From Chiloscyllium plagiosum (lineage: Eukaryota), in the NCBI RefSeq assembly GCF_004010195.1, contig NC_057753.1, positions 11,183,852 through 11,247,779 of the forward strand: 63,928 bases of DNA. Direction: 5' to 3'. Position 1 is the first letter of the stretch; each line of letters starts with the position of its first letter. The notes below the pieces were generated by a model. That model was not told the DNA's origin and did no database searches. It was given only the letters and a program-made list of their open reading frames with translations. The position numbers and the translations under genes were made by a program. Below, piece by piece: positions 1 to 13,179 of this stretch.

Positions 1-770
1 AACCCCCCCCCCCAGAGCACTAGCAAACCTCCCACCAAGGGTACTGGTGCCCCTCAGGTTCAGGTGTAGACCATCCTGTTTATAGAGGTCCCTCCTTCCC
101 CAGAAAGAACCCCAGTTATCCAAAAACCGGAATCCCTCCCTCTTGCACCATCCCTGTAGCCACGCATTTAACTGTTCTCTCTCCCTATTCCTCGACTCTC
201 TATCACGTGGCACGGGTAACAAACCAGAGACAACAACTCTGTTCGTTCTAACTTTGAGCTTCCAACCTAGCTCCCTGAAAGCCTGCCTAACATCCTCAGC
301 GCTCCTCCTACTTATGTCATTGGTGCCAATGTGGACCACGACTTTGGGCTGCTCCCCCTCCCCCTTAAGGACCCGGAAAACACGATCAGAGACATCACGT
401 ACCCTTGCACCTGGGAGGCAACATACCAAACGTGAGTCTCTCTCATTCCCACAAAACCGCCTATCTGTGCCCCGAACTATTGAGTCCCCAATTACTATTG
501 CTCTGCTCTTCTCCACCCTTCCCTTCTGAGTAACGGGGACAGGCTCCGTGCCAGAGGCCTGAGCCCCGTTACTTACCCCTGGTAGGAAGTCGTCCCCCCC
601 GCGCGCTTTTATAGGAAAAAACCTACCCGGCTGCCCCTCCGGTCTTCGTCACTTCCCCCTGCTGCTCCCGCTCTTTCTGTAAAAGAGAGAAAAAAAAACA
701 CCGCTGCCCGCTACCGGTAAGTAATTTTAAAACAAACAGTCTTACCTTAGCTGCTGCTCGCACTCAAAGT
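1..770 (-). mobile_element. CR1 LINE 5' portion (5'UTR plus ORF1 esterase-like domain), runs off the left edge
   Basis: Minus strand reads VCCLPGARVRDVSDRV..VVHIGTND, homologous to the ORF1 segments at 11550-11920 and 41000-41300. Confidence 0.8.
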
Positions 771-773
771 CTC

Positions 774-2266
774 TGTCAGCATCAATTGTGTCTTGGCAGA
801 TTGCTGGACGTAGAACACAAAAGAGGTTTATTCATGTATTTTAGTTTTTACAACACATGTCTGTCTATCCAATATTTTGAGGCTGATCATCTGCCAGGCT
901 AATTTATTTGAACAACGTTAATAAATCATTGCTTTTTGTTTTCAAGTTTTGTGTCTCCTGCTCCTATATCCATTCTTACTTCTTGCCTTTTAGCTCACTA
1001 TGTTATTTCATTTCCTTTATGAAGTTCAGTACCTATCTCTGTCCACCCAACAATTCCGATGTTCTTAGCAAATTTGATAACGGTTTAGGGTATGTCATGT
1101 AAAATGGGATGGAACATTACTTCTGGTGGTGGGTGTTAGTTCATTCAGCCTATTACATACAGGAATTACTTTTTCTTCAGGATTCCCATTTGAAACATTA
1201 AATACTGCTCCCATTTTGGACAAGGAAATATATTCTTTTTTCTGAGAGACAAAAACTGTCTGACAGGTCATCTGTGGCCTATGAGCATTTCCGTGGAGTC
1301 CACTGACATGAAGCGCCTTTGTAAGTTGCTCTTGCCGCAACACCCCCTCCCCCCCAGGAGACCTCCTGACCTCTCCCTGTCCTTTAGTACTCCTTCATGT
1401 GTCATCACTGTATCCTTCAGGCTGTTGTTGCTGTATCCAGTCATCTTGTCTAATTGATTCAACATCCTCCTCCTTATGTACAGGAATTGCTCTCCTGCCT
1501 ATATAGGAACTCGGAAACAAAATACGTCAAAGTCACTAAGTAAGACCTGAGTTCCGGATCAAGACGCAGCCAAGTGTTTCCATGAGCTTTCTAAGTAAAA
1601 TTAAAGGCACCATAGCCAATGATTCCTCTGAGATAGTCTGTGTGAAGAAGTTTTCTAATTTATTTTTTCGAAATGAATCACATCCTACTCATTTCAGTGT
1701 TCTTTAATATGGACAGGTATTGGTTCCCATAGCACTTGACCGTTCTCGTTCTGTGATTGAGCCACTTACAAGTGCCACCATTAAGTCACACCTACAAACT
1801 TGTCTCCCATTCACTCTCAGCTTTCCGTCATAAACGAGCAACTGGGACAGTATTAAAACGAACGGGAGTAAAACACACTTCAAATATTGCCAGTGGAAGA
1901 AAAAGCGAATGTTCAGCAGAAAAATCAAAGTTTCAAAGGAACATTGTACAATGTGGGTGTCAAACCCACGACCTCAGAATAGAAATCTTTCGCTCTATTA
2001 ACTGAGGTAGCCGGACATATAATCAGGGTATAACCACTTCTCATATCAAGGCAAAATAACTTCTTAAAATCCACGCAATTAAATTAATTGATCACCAGAA
2101 GTCCACGGCTCCAATGCTTTCTGCTCAAAAATCAGCAAAATCATTGAGATTCCACTTTACTTCTGCTTCTTTCTCAACATTGACATCCAGTTTCTTCAGC
2201 TTTTCTTCCTGGATGTAGAGTTGTTTGTCTGTTTTTTGCCTTTATTTTGAAAGCAAATTCGCTTCA
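774..2266 (+). repeat. Segmental duplication copy A (paralogous to 57685-59259)
   Basis: Colinear similarity from tgtcagcatcaa..ttgctggacg to ttttgaaagca..ttcgcttca in both copies. Confidence 0.9.
1945..2016 (-). pseudogene. Degenerate tRNA-Lys(CTT)-derived pseudogene
   Basis: Reverse complement reads GTCCGGCTACCTCAGTTAATAGAGC..GGTCGTGGGTTTGACACCCACATTGTACA and aligns to vertebrate tRNA-Lys GCCCGGCTAGCTCAGTCGGTAGAGC..GGTCGTGGGTTCGAGCCCCACGTTGGGCG. Anticodon loop and acceptor stem are decayed. Confidence 0.7.
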
Positions 2267-3869
2267 GTAGCAACAAACCCAGTAGACAAACCTGACACAC
2301 AAACAGCCACTCGCTAGCACATATCCCCAGTTCTCACGTTCAGATTTGCAAAGATAAATAAAGAAGGAAAGTAAGCAGTTGAAAATGTTTAGAAAGTTGT
2401 TGAGTGATTTCCATGGGTAACTCTCTTATGTCTTTGCCAACGCTGTTCGCAGGTTTCGTGATCAGGACATAATCTCCCTCAGTCTCCCTGAGCTTGTGCT
2501 CGGTGCATTGGGAGATTAGGCCCGGGTTGCAGAATCTCACATCCCAAAGATTTGCAGTGGACACTGACTGAAGCTGCATTGTTGCTTTTCATTGGCAGCA
2601 GAGGATTGGAGATTATAGGACTGGAATATTGCTGCTTTTCTATTTTTTCCTTGTGTTGTTCCACATGGAGCTGAGGAAAGCGAATCATTAACAGGATTGT
2701 TTAAACCAAGAGCATTAAGTTTCTAAAGATTCAAGTGTAGGAATTCAGTCAGTTAACTGTTGTGATCTGAGGCCTCACTCCATTTACCTGCCTTTGACCC
2801 ATGTCCCCGCATAGCTTTCCTCAACAAAAAAAAAATCTATTTCAGAATTAAAGTTGACAAATGATCCTGCATCCACTGACGTTTGTGTAGGATAGATCCA
2901 AACATTTGACAAACTCAATGTGCAGAAGTGCTTCTGAACATGTCCCCTGAATACTCTGGCCCTAATTGTGGAATTTTGCTCCATTTCAACTCACAACTAT
3001 TTTGGTGAACAACCAGACGTGCTGACTAAATGCACCACAGAGTCTGGGATGTAAAAAAACAGTAAGATCCCGATACCCGAGTGTCAGCGAATTCCAGCTT
3101 CAGACTACAGTTACTGAAGTAGCAATTGCCCTCTGTCAGTGAGACTTTACCAAAATAAAGGCTGGCACATTCATTGTGGAGACATGTAAACAGTCTGATC
3201 ACAGACACACCCCATGTCACCAGGAACTATCTTTGTGTGTGGATACATACAAAGTGATACGGCAGCCTGTCTGCCATTTCCTCAGTTTCACTTGCATTGT
3301 CACTTGTGACTCTCTTTTGAAACATGAACAGACCGAGCTGAATAGTCTTTCTCGGCCGGAATCAGGCTACGGTTTTATAGCACTACTCCCATTGTTTTAA
3401 GTATTGTTTGAGCAGTTCAGGCACTAGCTTGAGAAACCGATGTTTCTCACCCTGTTCAAACGTTACCCAAGTGTCTACAGAAATAATTAGCCAACATCTG
3501 GAACAAATGCTTCCAGACATACCTGAGGAATTTCGGTTTGGTGGGTCTTGAACTTTAAGTGGAACAAAGGGAACTTTGTACTTCCATGTAAACTGATAGT
3601 GGCTGGCCATCTCAATGCCTCCCACTGCAGGGCTGCCTGACCCTCAGGGAGGTTTTTTTCATAAACTGTGCCCAAGCCTATCAGTCATACGTCATAGGAC
3701 ATGCACGATGACGGCCTGCAGCCATTGTGACACAATAATGATGCTGGCTCCCGGAACATGAATATGAATTAGCCTCGGGTCACGTGGTACTGAATCATTT
3801 AAACGACTGTTATTCCACCTCTAGGGACTTATTTGAGGGAGGAGATAAATGGGCAGGAGTTACATCTGG

Positions 3870-4225
3870 GGTCCACTCTTCCTTCACTCCCATCACCCGC
3901 CCAAAGCCCTTTGGCACTTTGCCCTGTAACCGCAAAAGGTGTAACACCTGGTCATTTCCCTCTCCCTCCTCAGTATCTAAGGGCCCAAACATACCTTCTA
4001 GGTGAAGCAGCACTTCCTACAACCTAGTCAATACTGCATTCGCTGCTCACAATGTGGTCTCGTCTACATTGGAGAAACGAAGAGTAGACTGGGTGATTGC
4101 TTCGCAGAGCATCTACATTCAGACTGCAAAGAAGACCCTGAGCTTCCAGTTGCCTGTCACTTCAGCACACCACCCTGTTCCTTGTCCAGCATCTCTGTCT
4201 CAGGCTTGCTGCAGGGTTCCAGCGA
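3870..4225 (+). mobile_element. Penelope-like element fragment (GIY-YIG endonuclease region)
   Basis: Translation YCIRCSQCGLVYIGETKSRLGDCFAEH..PVACHF. Confidence 0.85.
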
Positions 4226-4739
4226 AACAATTTTGCACTTGTCTCCCCTATGTGATAAAGGAGTATTCATGTGTGCAGTCACAGGAGATTAAACCACAGG
4301 ATGGGCAAAGTCAGACATTCAATGGAAAGGTGAGGATCTGCACACCCTGGTCAGAGAGGAGCTCACAACCTCTCCCAGGTCCCTGCCCCCACTGACATTA
4401 AGGCTCTGGGCAAAGATAATTTTAATGTTAGTTACGGCCTCATGAAAAATCAAAGAGCTCCCAAGAAGAATTCAGGTATGTTCATGGACAGATTTCAGAG
4501 CTGTTTCTGAGAGACCTAAGACTGGAAAGCAAGAATGGTATTGATGGAGAGCATCTGCAAATATTATTAGTTGACTCTGTCCTGTCCACCAGCTACATTC
4601 ATGATCCTTACCCTAACTGTAAGAAGGAGGGCCATGAAGAAACTGAGAAAATCCAACTCAATTTACTGTTAAAGCAAATATCAAAGTTTCACAAAAATTG
4701 GCTTGAGGGGCAACCTATAAAGTTTGGAAACAATGGACA

Positions 4740-5010
4740 TAAGACTGGGTAACTGGCTCAAGAACTTTCCACAGTTTGTTCACCGGAACACTATCACTAG
4801 GTGTCCGTGTGTCAGTTACACCAGTTACCCTGATATTTGAAATCTTTTTCCACTAACAGATCAAGGAACACTTTGAAAGGACATTCAGGTCCTGATGAAT
4901 TGAGTGGCTGTCTTAGACCTTGGGATGAGGTAAGATTTGAGTTTCCCATCAGCAAATCCTCTCGTTCTTGACAATGCGCTGGAAAGGTAACATAAAATTC
5001 TGTCGAAACA
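4740..5010 (-). pseudogene. Remnant of a ZNF-gene terminal-exon 5' region (splice acceptor near 4979); finger array absent
   Basis: attcaggtcctgatgaattgagtggctg..tttgagtttccc..gcaaatcctc matches the pre-finger sequence at 7290-7415, 56860-57100 and 63100-63200. Minus strand reads ttacctttccag| at 4980-4979. Confidence 0.55.
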
Positions 5011-5939
5011 AATCAAGTTTCTCTCAAATGTTTTTCTTTCTTTCTTCCCTCAATGTTATAAATCTGTGTCCTACACACTCTCTCCTTCCTTCTGCCAAAA
5101 TTCAAATTAAGCTTTGGATAATTCTGTCTGAAACTGTTTTATTTTAAAATATGAACTCGAGATAGTGATACGTTTCATAATTAACATTTGCCATTCATCA
5201 TCACAAAACATTTATGTGATCATGCTTGAGCAACCAGACAAAAAAAGCAGATATTAGCTTCATGTTCATAACTGATTGTGTGGAGATTCAATAAGCAATT
5301 GTGATTTACAGAATTGATATGGCAAAGAAGGAGGCCAGTCAACCCATTGTGTCAGCATGGTTCTTGGAATAAACTTCCTGACTTTGTGTTATTTCCCGGA
5401 TTCTCCATGTAATATTATAAATTGTTTGTAGTCAAATAATCATCTAATGCTCTTGACTGAACCTGCCTAAACCCCAGTTCAGTGCAATGTATTCCAGGTC
5501 TAATTACCAACTGTGTGAAGTTTCTTTCTGACATCACATTTCCCTGTAATGTATTTTTTTCTTGCATTCTTTTTCTCAATGTTTTGATCAATGGGAAGTT
5601 TCTCACTACCTGCTCTGTATAGATATCCCATGATTTTGAAAACGTCTTTTAAATTTCCTGTCAGCCTCCTCCAATCTAATTTCAGGCTGAAATTTATCAT
5701 GGCTGGAGGTCTTCATGTCAGGATAGTTCCTTCAAACCTCCCAGTTTTCCCTTTGTTCCTTTTCTCCAGCTTAAACTCAACTAAATCTTGAATCAGTCTG
5801 TGGTCTAGTCTGTTTTTTAAAAATCCTATTCATGCTGATTAATGAACTCTAATAAAGATTGGAAAGAAGGAAAACACTTTCCAGTCCTCGCTCCAATTTT
5901 CATTCCTGAGCTACCGCCCCCATCTTTCTCACTTGTAAC

Positions 5940-6600
5940 TCATGAAGATTCAGCCAGGCTGTTCACAATTTGGTGTCACATTTTTGATTGAGAGGAGCTT
6001 CTCACCTTATATCAGTGCCATCACTTAGAATGGTTTAATCCATCCCTGTCATCTTATTTCAGCCTGTCCCTATCTCAGAGTAGCTACTTCTGCAACTTTC
6101 ATTCATCCTTTACTTACCTCCAAGCTCAAGCATTTCAATGCTGTGCTCAGTGATCTTGTCTCTGTAAATGTGAATCCATCTAAAACTTTGTTGTCAAGTG
6201 TCATTCCTCTGTCACTCCTGTGTTCACTGGCTTCCGCTAACTCCCATTCAAGTAAGGTCTGGATTTTAAAATTCTCATCCTTATCTTAAAATTTCCTGAT
6301 AGCTTCAACCCTCGTTAGCTCTATAATACTCCAAATGCTCAGGCCTCCAGGATATCTGAGCTGCTGTCATTCCAGTCATCTGCACATTCCCAGCTTTCAC
6401 TGCTCTATCATTGGGAGCTGCATCTTCAGTTGCCTCATCCCCCAGGTCTGGAATTCCCTCTCTCGCTGCAACTCACTTTACTCCTTAATACCTAAACTTC
6501 TTCACCCAAGTATTTGTTTATCTACCCTGATATCGTGACATGTGGCTCTGTGGAAGAATGCGAAGTCCACTGGGATGATGCATTATATCAATGGCTGTAT
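5940..6600 (+). mobile_element. Old LINE (L2/CR1-group) 3' fragment
   Basis: Degenerate RT C-terminal-like sequence (..ttttaaaattctcatcctt.., ..ctggaattccctc..). Recognised by pattern only. Confidence 0.4.
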
Positions 6601-6859
6601 ATAGATGGAACTTGTTGCTGACACACGTGGTCTCCTGTTTTACAACCACTCATCGATTTCCCAGAGACTCTGTTCCAGTGGGTTCTTCATCCAGTTTGCT
6701 GAAGATGAGGACTGCACATGCCTGCTCTGCTGTTCAACATGATGATGGATGATCATCATGCACACAGCCTTGCTCCCACTTTTGCCCCAGCCAGGCTGGT
6801 GCAGTGTAACTAAATACTTAGATTGAAGCACCTTCTTGTTTGTTTTTAAAACTAAGGTC

Positions 6860-7411
6860 TGTCCTCTGTGTGAATTCACTGGTGTTTGAGTGGGGTGGAT
6901 TTCTGAGCACATTCCCTCCCAAATTGTGAGCAGGTGAACGGTCTCTCCCCAGTGAATCCATTGATGTTCAATAAGGTCAGATGATTGCTTGAATCCAGCC
7001 CCCGTGAGAGCACATGAAGCATCTCTTGTCACTGTGAGCACATTGATGGGATATCAGTGCCCCAGAGCTTTTAAAGCACTTGCCACATTCTGGGCATTTA
7101 AAAGGTCTGTACTCTGTGTGAAATTGGTGTTTCAGCAGGGTGGATGATCGAGTGATTGCTTTCCCATACTCAGAACAGATGAATGGCCTCTCCCAGTGTG
7201 ACTATGTTCTGACACAGGGCAGATGATCTGGTGAAGCCTTGCCCACATGCACAACACGTGTATGGTTTCTCCCTTCAGTGAACAGTGCTTTTTCCTTCCA
7301 TGTTCACAATCCAATGATATCCAGGCTACAGTCAACTGGGCAACTCGGTCAGATCCTGAGGTGTTGTTTGATTTTCGGTCTCCTCACTGCAAATCTTCTT
7401 CATCTAATGTC
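6860..7411 (-). pseudogene. C2H2 zinc-finger pseudogene, about 5 decayed fingers
   Basis: Minus strand reads PYTCCACGQGFTRSSA, PFICSEYGKAITRSSTLLKHQ and PFKCPECGKCFKSSGH* with frameshifts and stops. Acceptor tttcacag| at 7412. Confidence 0.85.
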
Positions 7412-7576
7412 CTGTGAAATTAGTTGAGAGAAGTAAAACAGAAATAAGTGAGAACGCAGAAAAAGGTGATAAGATCATTGAGTCTGCTCTCACCATTGAA
7501 TGAGATCAGGGCTGATCTGTTGATGGACAGATGCACTTTCTTGTCTTATCCCCTACCCTTTAATCCCCTTCCTGTT

Positions 7577-7890
7577 TAGATTACTTACAGTGTGGAAACA
7601 GGCACTTCGGCCCAATAAGTCCACACCAACCCTCTGAAGAGCAACCGACCCAGACCCATTCCCCTACATTTACCCTTTCACCTAATGCTACGGGTAATTT
7701 AAGCATGGCCAATTCACCTAACCTGCACATTTTTGGACTGTGGGAGGAAACTGGAGCGCCCAGAGGAAACCCATGCAGACACAGGGAGAATGTGCAAACT
7801 CCACACAGATAGTTGCCTGAAGCGGAAATTGAACCCAGGTCTCTGGCACTGTGAGGCAGCAGTGCCAAACACTGTGCCACCGTGCCGCCC
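7577..7890 (-). mobile_element. HE1/V-SINE-type tRNA-derived SINE
   Basis: Head gggcggcacggtggcacagtg.., V-domain-like core gtttgcacattctccc, CR1-like tail ..ccacactgtaagtaatctaa. Confidence 0.85.
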
Positions 7891-7894
7891 ATAA

Positions 7895-8750
7895 AATCTG
7901 TTTATTCCAGCCTTGGATACACTGAGCAGCCAGTCTCTGCAGTAAAGAATTCCACAGATTCAGTCCACCCCAAGAGAAGGAATTCCTCCACATCTGTCTT
8001 AAATAGGTGACTCCTTACTGAGATTATGTCCTCTGGCTCTCAACTCAAACCAGGACAATATTGCGCTCTGAATCTATCTGATCAAGCCTCTCAGATTCTT
8101 ATGCCTTTCAGTAAGGTCTTGTCTCATTCTGCTAAACTCCAGTGAGTACAGACCCAGTCTGCTCAATCTCATCTCCCAAGAGAATTCTCCCATTTCCGGG
8201 ATCAATCTTGTTAAAGTCCTCTGGCCTGCCTTTCCTAAATTGTTCCTGGTATATCAAGTGTGATCTGACTAATGTCGTACGTAGTTTTAACAACATATCC
8301 CCATTTCCTTTAAATAAAGGCCAACAGACTAGTTCCCTTCCAGATTACCTGCTGAACCTGGATGCTAGCTTTTCATCTTCCAAGCACAAGGACCCACAAT
8401 TCTCTCTGTGCTGCAACTTTCTGCAGTGGTTTTCCCCAGTTAAATAATATTCACTTCTCCTAGTTTTCATGCTAAAATGCATAAACCTCAATTTTGTCCC
8501 CCATTCTATTCCATCCACTGTGATTTGGTCCACTTGCTTATCCTGTTTCTATCTATCTCATTTCATTTTGTCACCCTCACTACTTGCTTCACCATCTATT
8601 TTGTGTCATCTCCAAACTTGGCAACATTTCATTCATTTCCATCATCCAGGCGATTAGTATACATATAGTTAATAATTGTGGCCCCAGTATTGCTGCCTCT
8701 GGGACTCCACAAGTTACAATTTGCCATAATTAAAATACCTTCTTTATCTC
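7895..8750 (-). mobile_element. Old CR1 ORF2 3' fragment
   Basis: Degenerate RT C-terminal CR1 sequence (MWRNSFSWGGLNLWNSL, cf. FFSQRVVNLWNSL). Confidence 0.7.
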
Positions 8751-8752
8751 TA

Positions 8753-9160
8753 TTAGAGACATAGAGATGTACAGCATGGAAACAGACCCTTCGGTCCAAC
8801 CCATCCATGCCGACTAGATATCCCAATCCAATCGAGTCCCACCTGCCAGCTCCCAGCCCATATCCCTCCAAACCCTTGCTATTCATATACCCATCCAAAT
8901 GCCTCTTAAATGTTGCAATTGTACCAGCCTCCATCACTTCCTCTGGCAGCTCATTGCATACCCGTACCACCCTCTGCGTGAAAAGGTTGCCCCTTAAGTC
9001 TCTTTAATATGTTTCCCCTCTCACCCTAAACCTATGCCCTCTAGTTCTGGTCTCCCTGACCCCCGGGAAAGGACTTTGCCTATTTACCCTATCCATGCCC
9101 CTCATAATTTTGTAAACCTCTATAAGGTCATCCCTCAGCCTCCGGCACTCCAGGGAAAAT
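8753..9160 (-). mobile_element. Young CR1 3' end
   Basis: VRVCNELPEEVMEAGTIATFKRHLDGYMN plus the CR1 3' tail. Confidence 0.9.
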
Positions 9161-9161
9161 A

Positions 9162-9584
9162 TGTTTTAAAAAATTCTCAGGTCAGGTTCGTAGGAGAGTA
9201 GTCTGACACAGAACAAACGACCAAGAGGCGAGTCTGCTAGAATATGGGCATTTTATTCCCCGCAGCGTCGCCAGAACGGGTCTGGCTTATACTCACTCTA
9301 CATGTTACCAAAACTGGGAGCCGTCAGTTCTCGTAGAGCGGTTGCCAACAACCCACGCTCGGCGGTTAAACGTAACCCCGGAGCAGACTCACCGAACTGG
9401 AGACTTTTCCAGCTGATATACTCTTTTCCAGATATAAACATTCATGTGAACAGCAGAGCAAGGCTAAAAAACACATTCCATTCTGGTTACATACAGATAA
9501 GAAGATTCACACGGGACTAAGCAACACCTCCATTCCGGTTAGATTCACACATGTATTGGGACATAATTTTTAACCCTTTCACCA
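9162..9584 (-). mobile_element. Putative solo LTR (ERV/LTR retrotransposon)
   Basis: About 420 bp, CpG-retaining and unrelated to its flanks. TG...CA ends; the minus strand begins tg(g)tgaaagggtt, has a TATA-like tatat near 9416-9420 and AATAAA at 9257-9252. No TSD seen. Confidence 0.4.
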
Positions 9585-9800
9585 CAGGACCTAATGTGGG
9601 AGTCGCTGGTGGAATGCTGAAAGGAGTGAGGAGGGAATATATCCCTGGTAGTGGGATCTGACTGTAGGTGACAGAGGATGATTTGTTGTATCTGGAGGCT
9701 GGTGGGGGGAGGGGTGGTTCTGTTCTTGTTACGGTTGGAGGGGTGTGCTTCAAGGGTGGAGCTGCGGGAAGTGGAGGATATGTGCTGGAGTCCTCACTTT
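9585..9800 (-). mobile_element. Penelope-like fragment
   Basis: Homologous to 48630-48830 (..QTTNHPLSPTVRSHYQGYIPSSLLSAF..). Confidence 0.6.
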
Positions 9801-9857
9801 CTCCTCCTACCATACTTAGAACCCAACAAAGGAGAACCAAGAAATTGATTAAGCTGA

Positions 9858-12055
9858 CTTCTACTTTTGAGCCAGTTCTGTATCCAAATGACTAGTTCTC
9901 CCTGTATTCCATGTGATCTAACCTTGTTAATCAGTCTCCCATGGGGAACCTTGTCGAATGCCTTACTGAAATCCATATAGATCATATCTACTGCTCTACC
10001 CTCATCAATCCTCTTTGTTACTTCTTCAAAAAACTCAATCAAGTTTGTCAGACATGATTTCCCACGTACAAAACCATGTTGACTATCCATAATCAGTCCT
10101 TGCCTTTCCAAATACATGTACATCCTGTCCCGCAGGATTCCCTCCAACAACTTGCCCACCACCGACATCAGGCTCACTGGTCTATAGTTCCCTGGCTTGT
10201 CCTTACCACCCTTCTTAAACAGTGACACCACGTTAGTCAACCTCCAGTCTTCCGGCACCTCATCTGTGACTATCGATGATACAAGTATCTCAGCAAGAGG
10301 CCCAGCAATCACCTCTCTAGCTTCCCAGAGTTCTAGGGTACACCTTATCAGGTCCTGGGGATTTATCCACCTTTAACTGTTTCAAGACATCCAGCACTTC
10401 CTCCTCTGTCATCTGGATATTTTGCAAGATGTCACCATCTATTTCCCGACAGTCTATATCTTTCATATCCTTTTCCACAGTCAATACTGATGCAAAATAC
10501 TCATTTAGTATCTCCCCCATTTTCTGCGGCTCCACACAAAGGCCGCCTTGCTGATCTTTGAGGGGCCCTATTCTCTCCCTAGTTACCCTTTTGTCCTGAA
10601 TAGATTTGTAAAAACTCTTTGGATTCTCCTTAATTCTATTTGCCAAAGCTAACTCATGTCCTCTTTTTGCCCTTCTGATTTCCCTCTTAAGTATACTCCT
10701 ACTGCCTTTATACTCTTCTAATGATTCACTCGATCTATCCTGTATATACCTTACATATGCTTCCTTCTTTTTCTTAACCAAACCCTCAATTTGTTTAGTC
10801 ATCCAGCATTCCCTATAGCTATCAGCCTTTCCTTTTACCCTGACAGGAATATACCTTCTCTGGATTCTCATTATCTCATTTCTGAAGGGTTCCCATTTTC
10901 CAGCCGTCCCTTTACCTGCGAACATCTGCCCCCAATCAGCTTTCAAAAGTTCTTGCCTAATACCGTCAAAATTGGCCTTTCTCCAATTTAGAACTTCAAC
11001 TTTTAGATCTGGTCTATCTGTTTCCATCACTATTTTAAATCTAAAAGAATTATGGTCGTTGGCCCCAAAGTGCTTCCCCACTGACACCTCAGTCACCTGC
11101 CCTGCCTTATTTCCCAAGAGTAGGTCACGATTTGTACCTTCTCTAGTAGGTACATCCACATATTGAATCAGAAAATTTTCTTGTATGCACTTAACAAATT
11201 GCTCTCCATCTAAACCTTTAACACTATGGCAGTCCCAGTCGATGTTTGGAAAGTTAAAATCCCTACCATAACCACCCTATTGTTCTTACAGATAGCTGAG
11301 ATCTCCTAACAAGTTTGTTTCTCAATTTCCCGCTGACTATTAGGGGGTCTATAATACAGTCCCAATAGGGTGATCATCCCTTTCTTATTTCTCAGTTTCA
11401 CCCAAATAACTTCCCTGGAAGAATTTCAGGCACAGCTGTAACGTTATCCCTTTTCAAAAATGTCACCCCCACTCCTCTCTTGCCTTCCTTTCTATCCTTC
11501 CTGTAGCATTTGTATCCTGGAACATTAAGCTGCCAGTCCTCTTCCAATTTAGGTGCAATCCGTCCTTCTTGTACAGGTCACTTTTACCCTGAAAGAGATT
11601 CCAATGATCCAAAATGTGAATCCTTCTCCCATACACCAGCTCCTCAGCCATGCATTCATCTGCTCTATCCTCCTATTCCTGCCCTCACTAGCTTGTAGCA
11701 CTGGGAGTAATCCAGATATTACTACTCTCAAAGACCTCCTTGTTAAACTTCTGCCTAACCGTCTGTAATCTCCCTTCAGAATCTCAACCTTTTCCCTTCC
11801 TATGTCGTTGGTTCCAATGTGGACAATAACCTCTTGCTGGCCCCTCTCCCCCCTGAGAACATTCCACACCCTCTCTGAGACATCCTTGATCTTGGCACCA
11901 GGGAAACAACACACCATTCTGCCTTTTCTCTGCTGGCCTCAGAAACGTCTGTCTGTACCTTGGACGAGAGAATCCCCTAACACAATTGATCTCTTGGAAG
12001 CCGACGTACCCCTCGTTGCATTAGAGCCAATTTCAATACCAGAAGCTTGGCTGAA
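9858..12055 (-). mobile_element. CR1 LINE internal fragment (ORF1 esterase, APE endonuclease, RT N-half), disrupted
   Basis: ORFs 11549-11917 (VIVHIGTND), 10317-11159 (ANDHN, KSPGPD) and 9794-10312 (PGNYRPVSL, QHGF, DFSKAFDKV). Confidence 0.95.
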
Positions 12056-13179
12056 AATATTGAGATGGTGGTTTTGGGGTGTCAGGGAGAGGACAGAGGT
12101 CTAGAAGGTGGAGATGTTGAATGAGAGGGGCATTATTAACCAACAGGTAAACCATAATTGAGCCAAACCTCCCAAATTAGCCACTTCTACCACCATGAAA
12201 GACTAGGGGAGCAGATGGATGCGACCATCACCACCTCATACTTGCTTCTGAGTCACAATGCCTTGACATCCATTGCTGGGTGAAGAGAAATTTCCCCCAA
12301 TTTATTCTTGAACTTGGGAGCATAGTCTGTGCAGGAGGGGTGTTCGCAATTGTTTCTATACAAAAAGGGTGGTAAGCGTATGTTTCAAACGTGACAGCTG
12401 ATGGTCAATCACTAGTTGTTAGTTTTCTGAGATAGAAAAGCTTTTGTTAAGCAAAGTTATTCAGGGATATTGGGCAAAAGGATATGGAGTTAGGCCTTTG
12501 TAACCTTGAGATTGAATGACCCTACCACACTCCTGAACCACCTTCCAATGTCAACCTCACTGCAATCTTCAGCTCATCCAACACTCCGCTACCAGGGTGC
12601 TCACACTTAAGCTCCTCACTGAGCTCAGTGACCTGAAGAGCTCGCCAGTTGAGAAAAAGCAACATTTAAACAAACTTGTTGCCCTTGTTTGCAAATCCCT
12701 TTCTGATATCAGTCATTCCAATCTCTGTCAGCCACACAATCCAGCGAAATGTGTACTCGCCTAATTTCAACCTCTTCAGTGTGGGCAATTAATCTCCCCA
12801 CCAACGGTGGACATTCTTTGAATCCAAAATATTTTAAAATCAAATTATTAAATCATTCAAATAGAGATGCTGGGCCAGGCGATGCATTGTACCTGCAGTA
12901 TGTGGGAGCTCGTGGACTGCATTGTGGTTCATAGTGACCTCATACACAGCAATTGTTAGTTGCTTGAGAAAATCTGACTCACATTGATGAGTTTCAGCTC
13001 TGAACACTGCCACACATCAGGGATGGGGAAGAGTTACCTGGATGTTCCATTTCAGGAGGGAGTCAGATCTCTGCGATTAATGACCTAAATTCAGTCAGTG
13101 GTTAGGGACAGAATGTTATCACTTTGAGTGAGGCAGGTAGAGAGAACCAGAGGGTAGTGCTGAAGGAGATTGTCCAGCA

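Noticed and set aside
1095..1465. ORFs with a P-loop-like GGRGCCGKS string (possible NTPase fragment)
   Set aside because: The spacing is not a proper Walker A, and the motif and frame are not preserved in the duplicate at about 57960-58280.
3756..3773. catgaatatgaattag, resembling an immunoglobulin VH heptamer-octamer promoter
   Set aside because: The octamer ATGCAAAT is not matched, and no leader, V segment or RSS follows.
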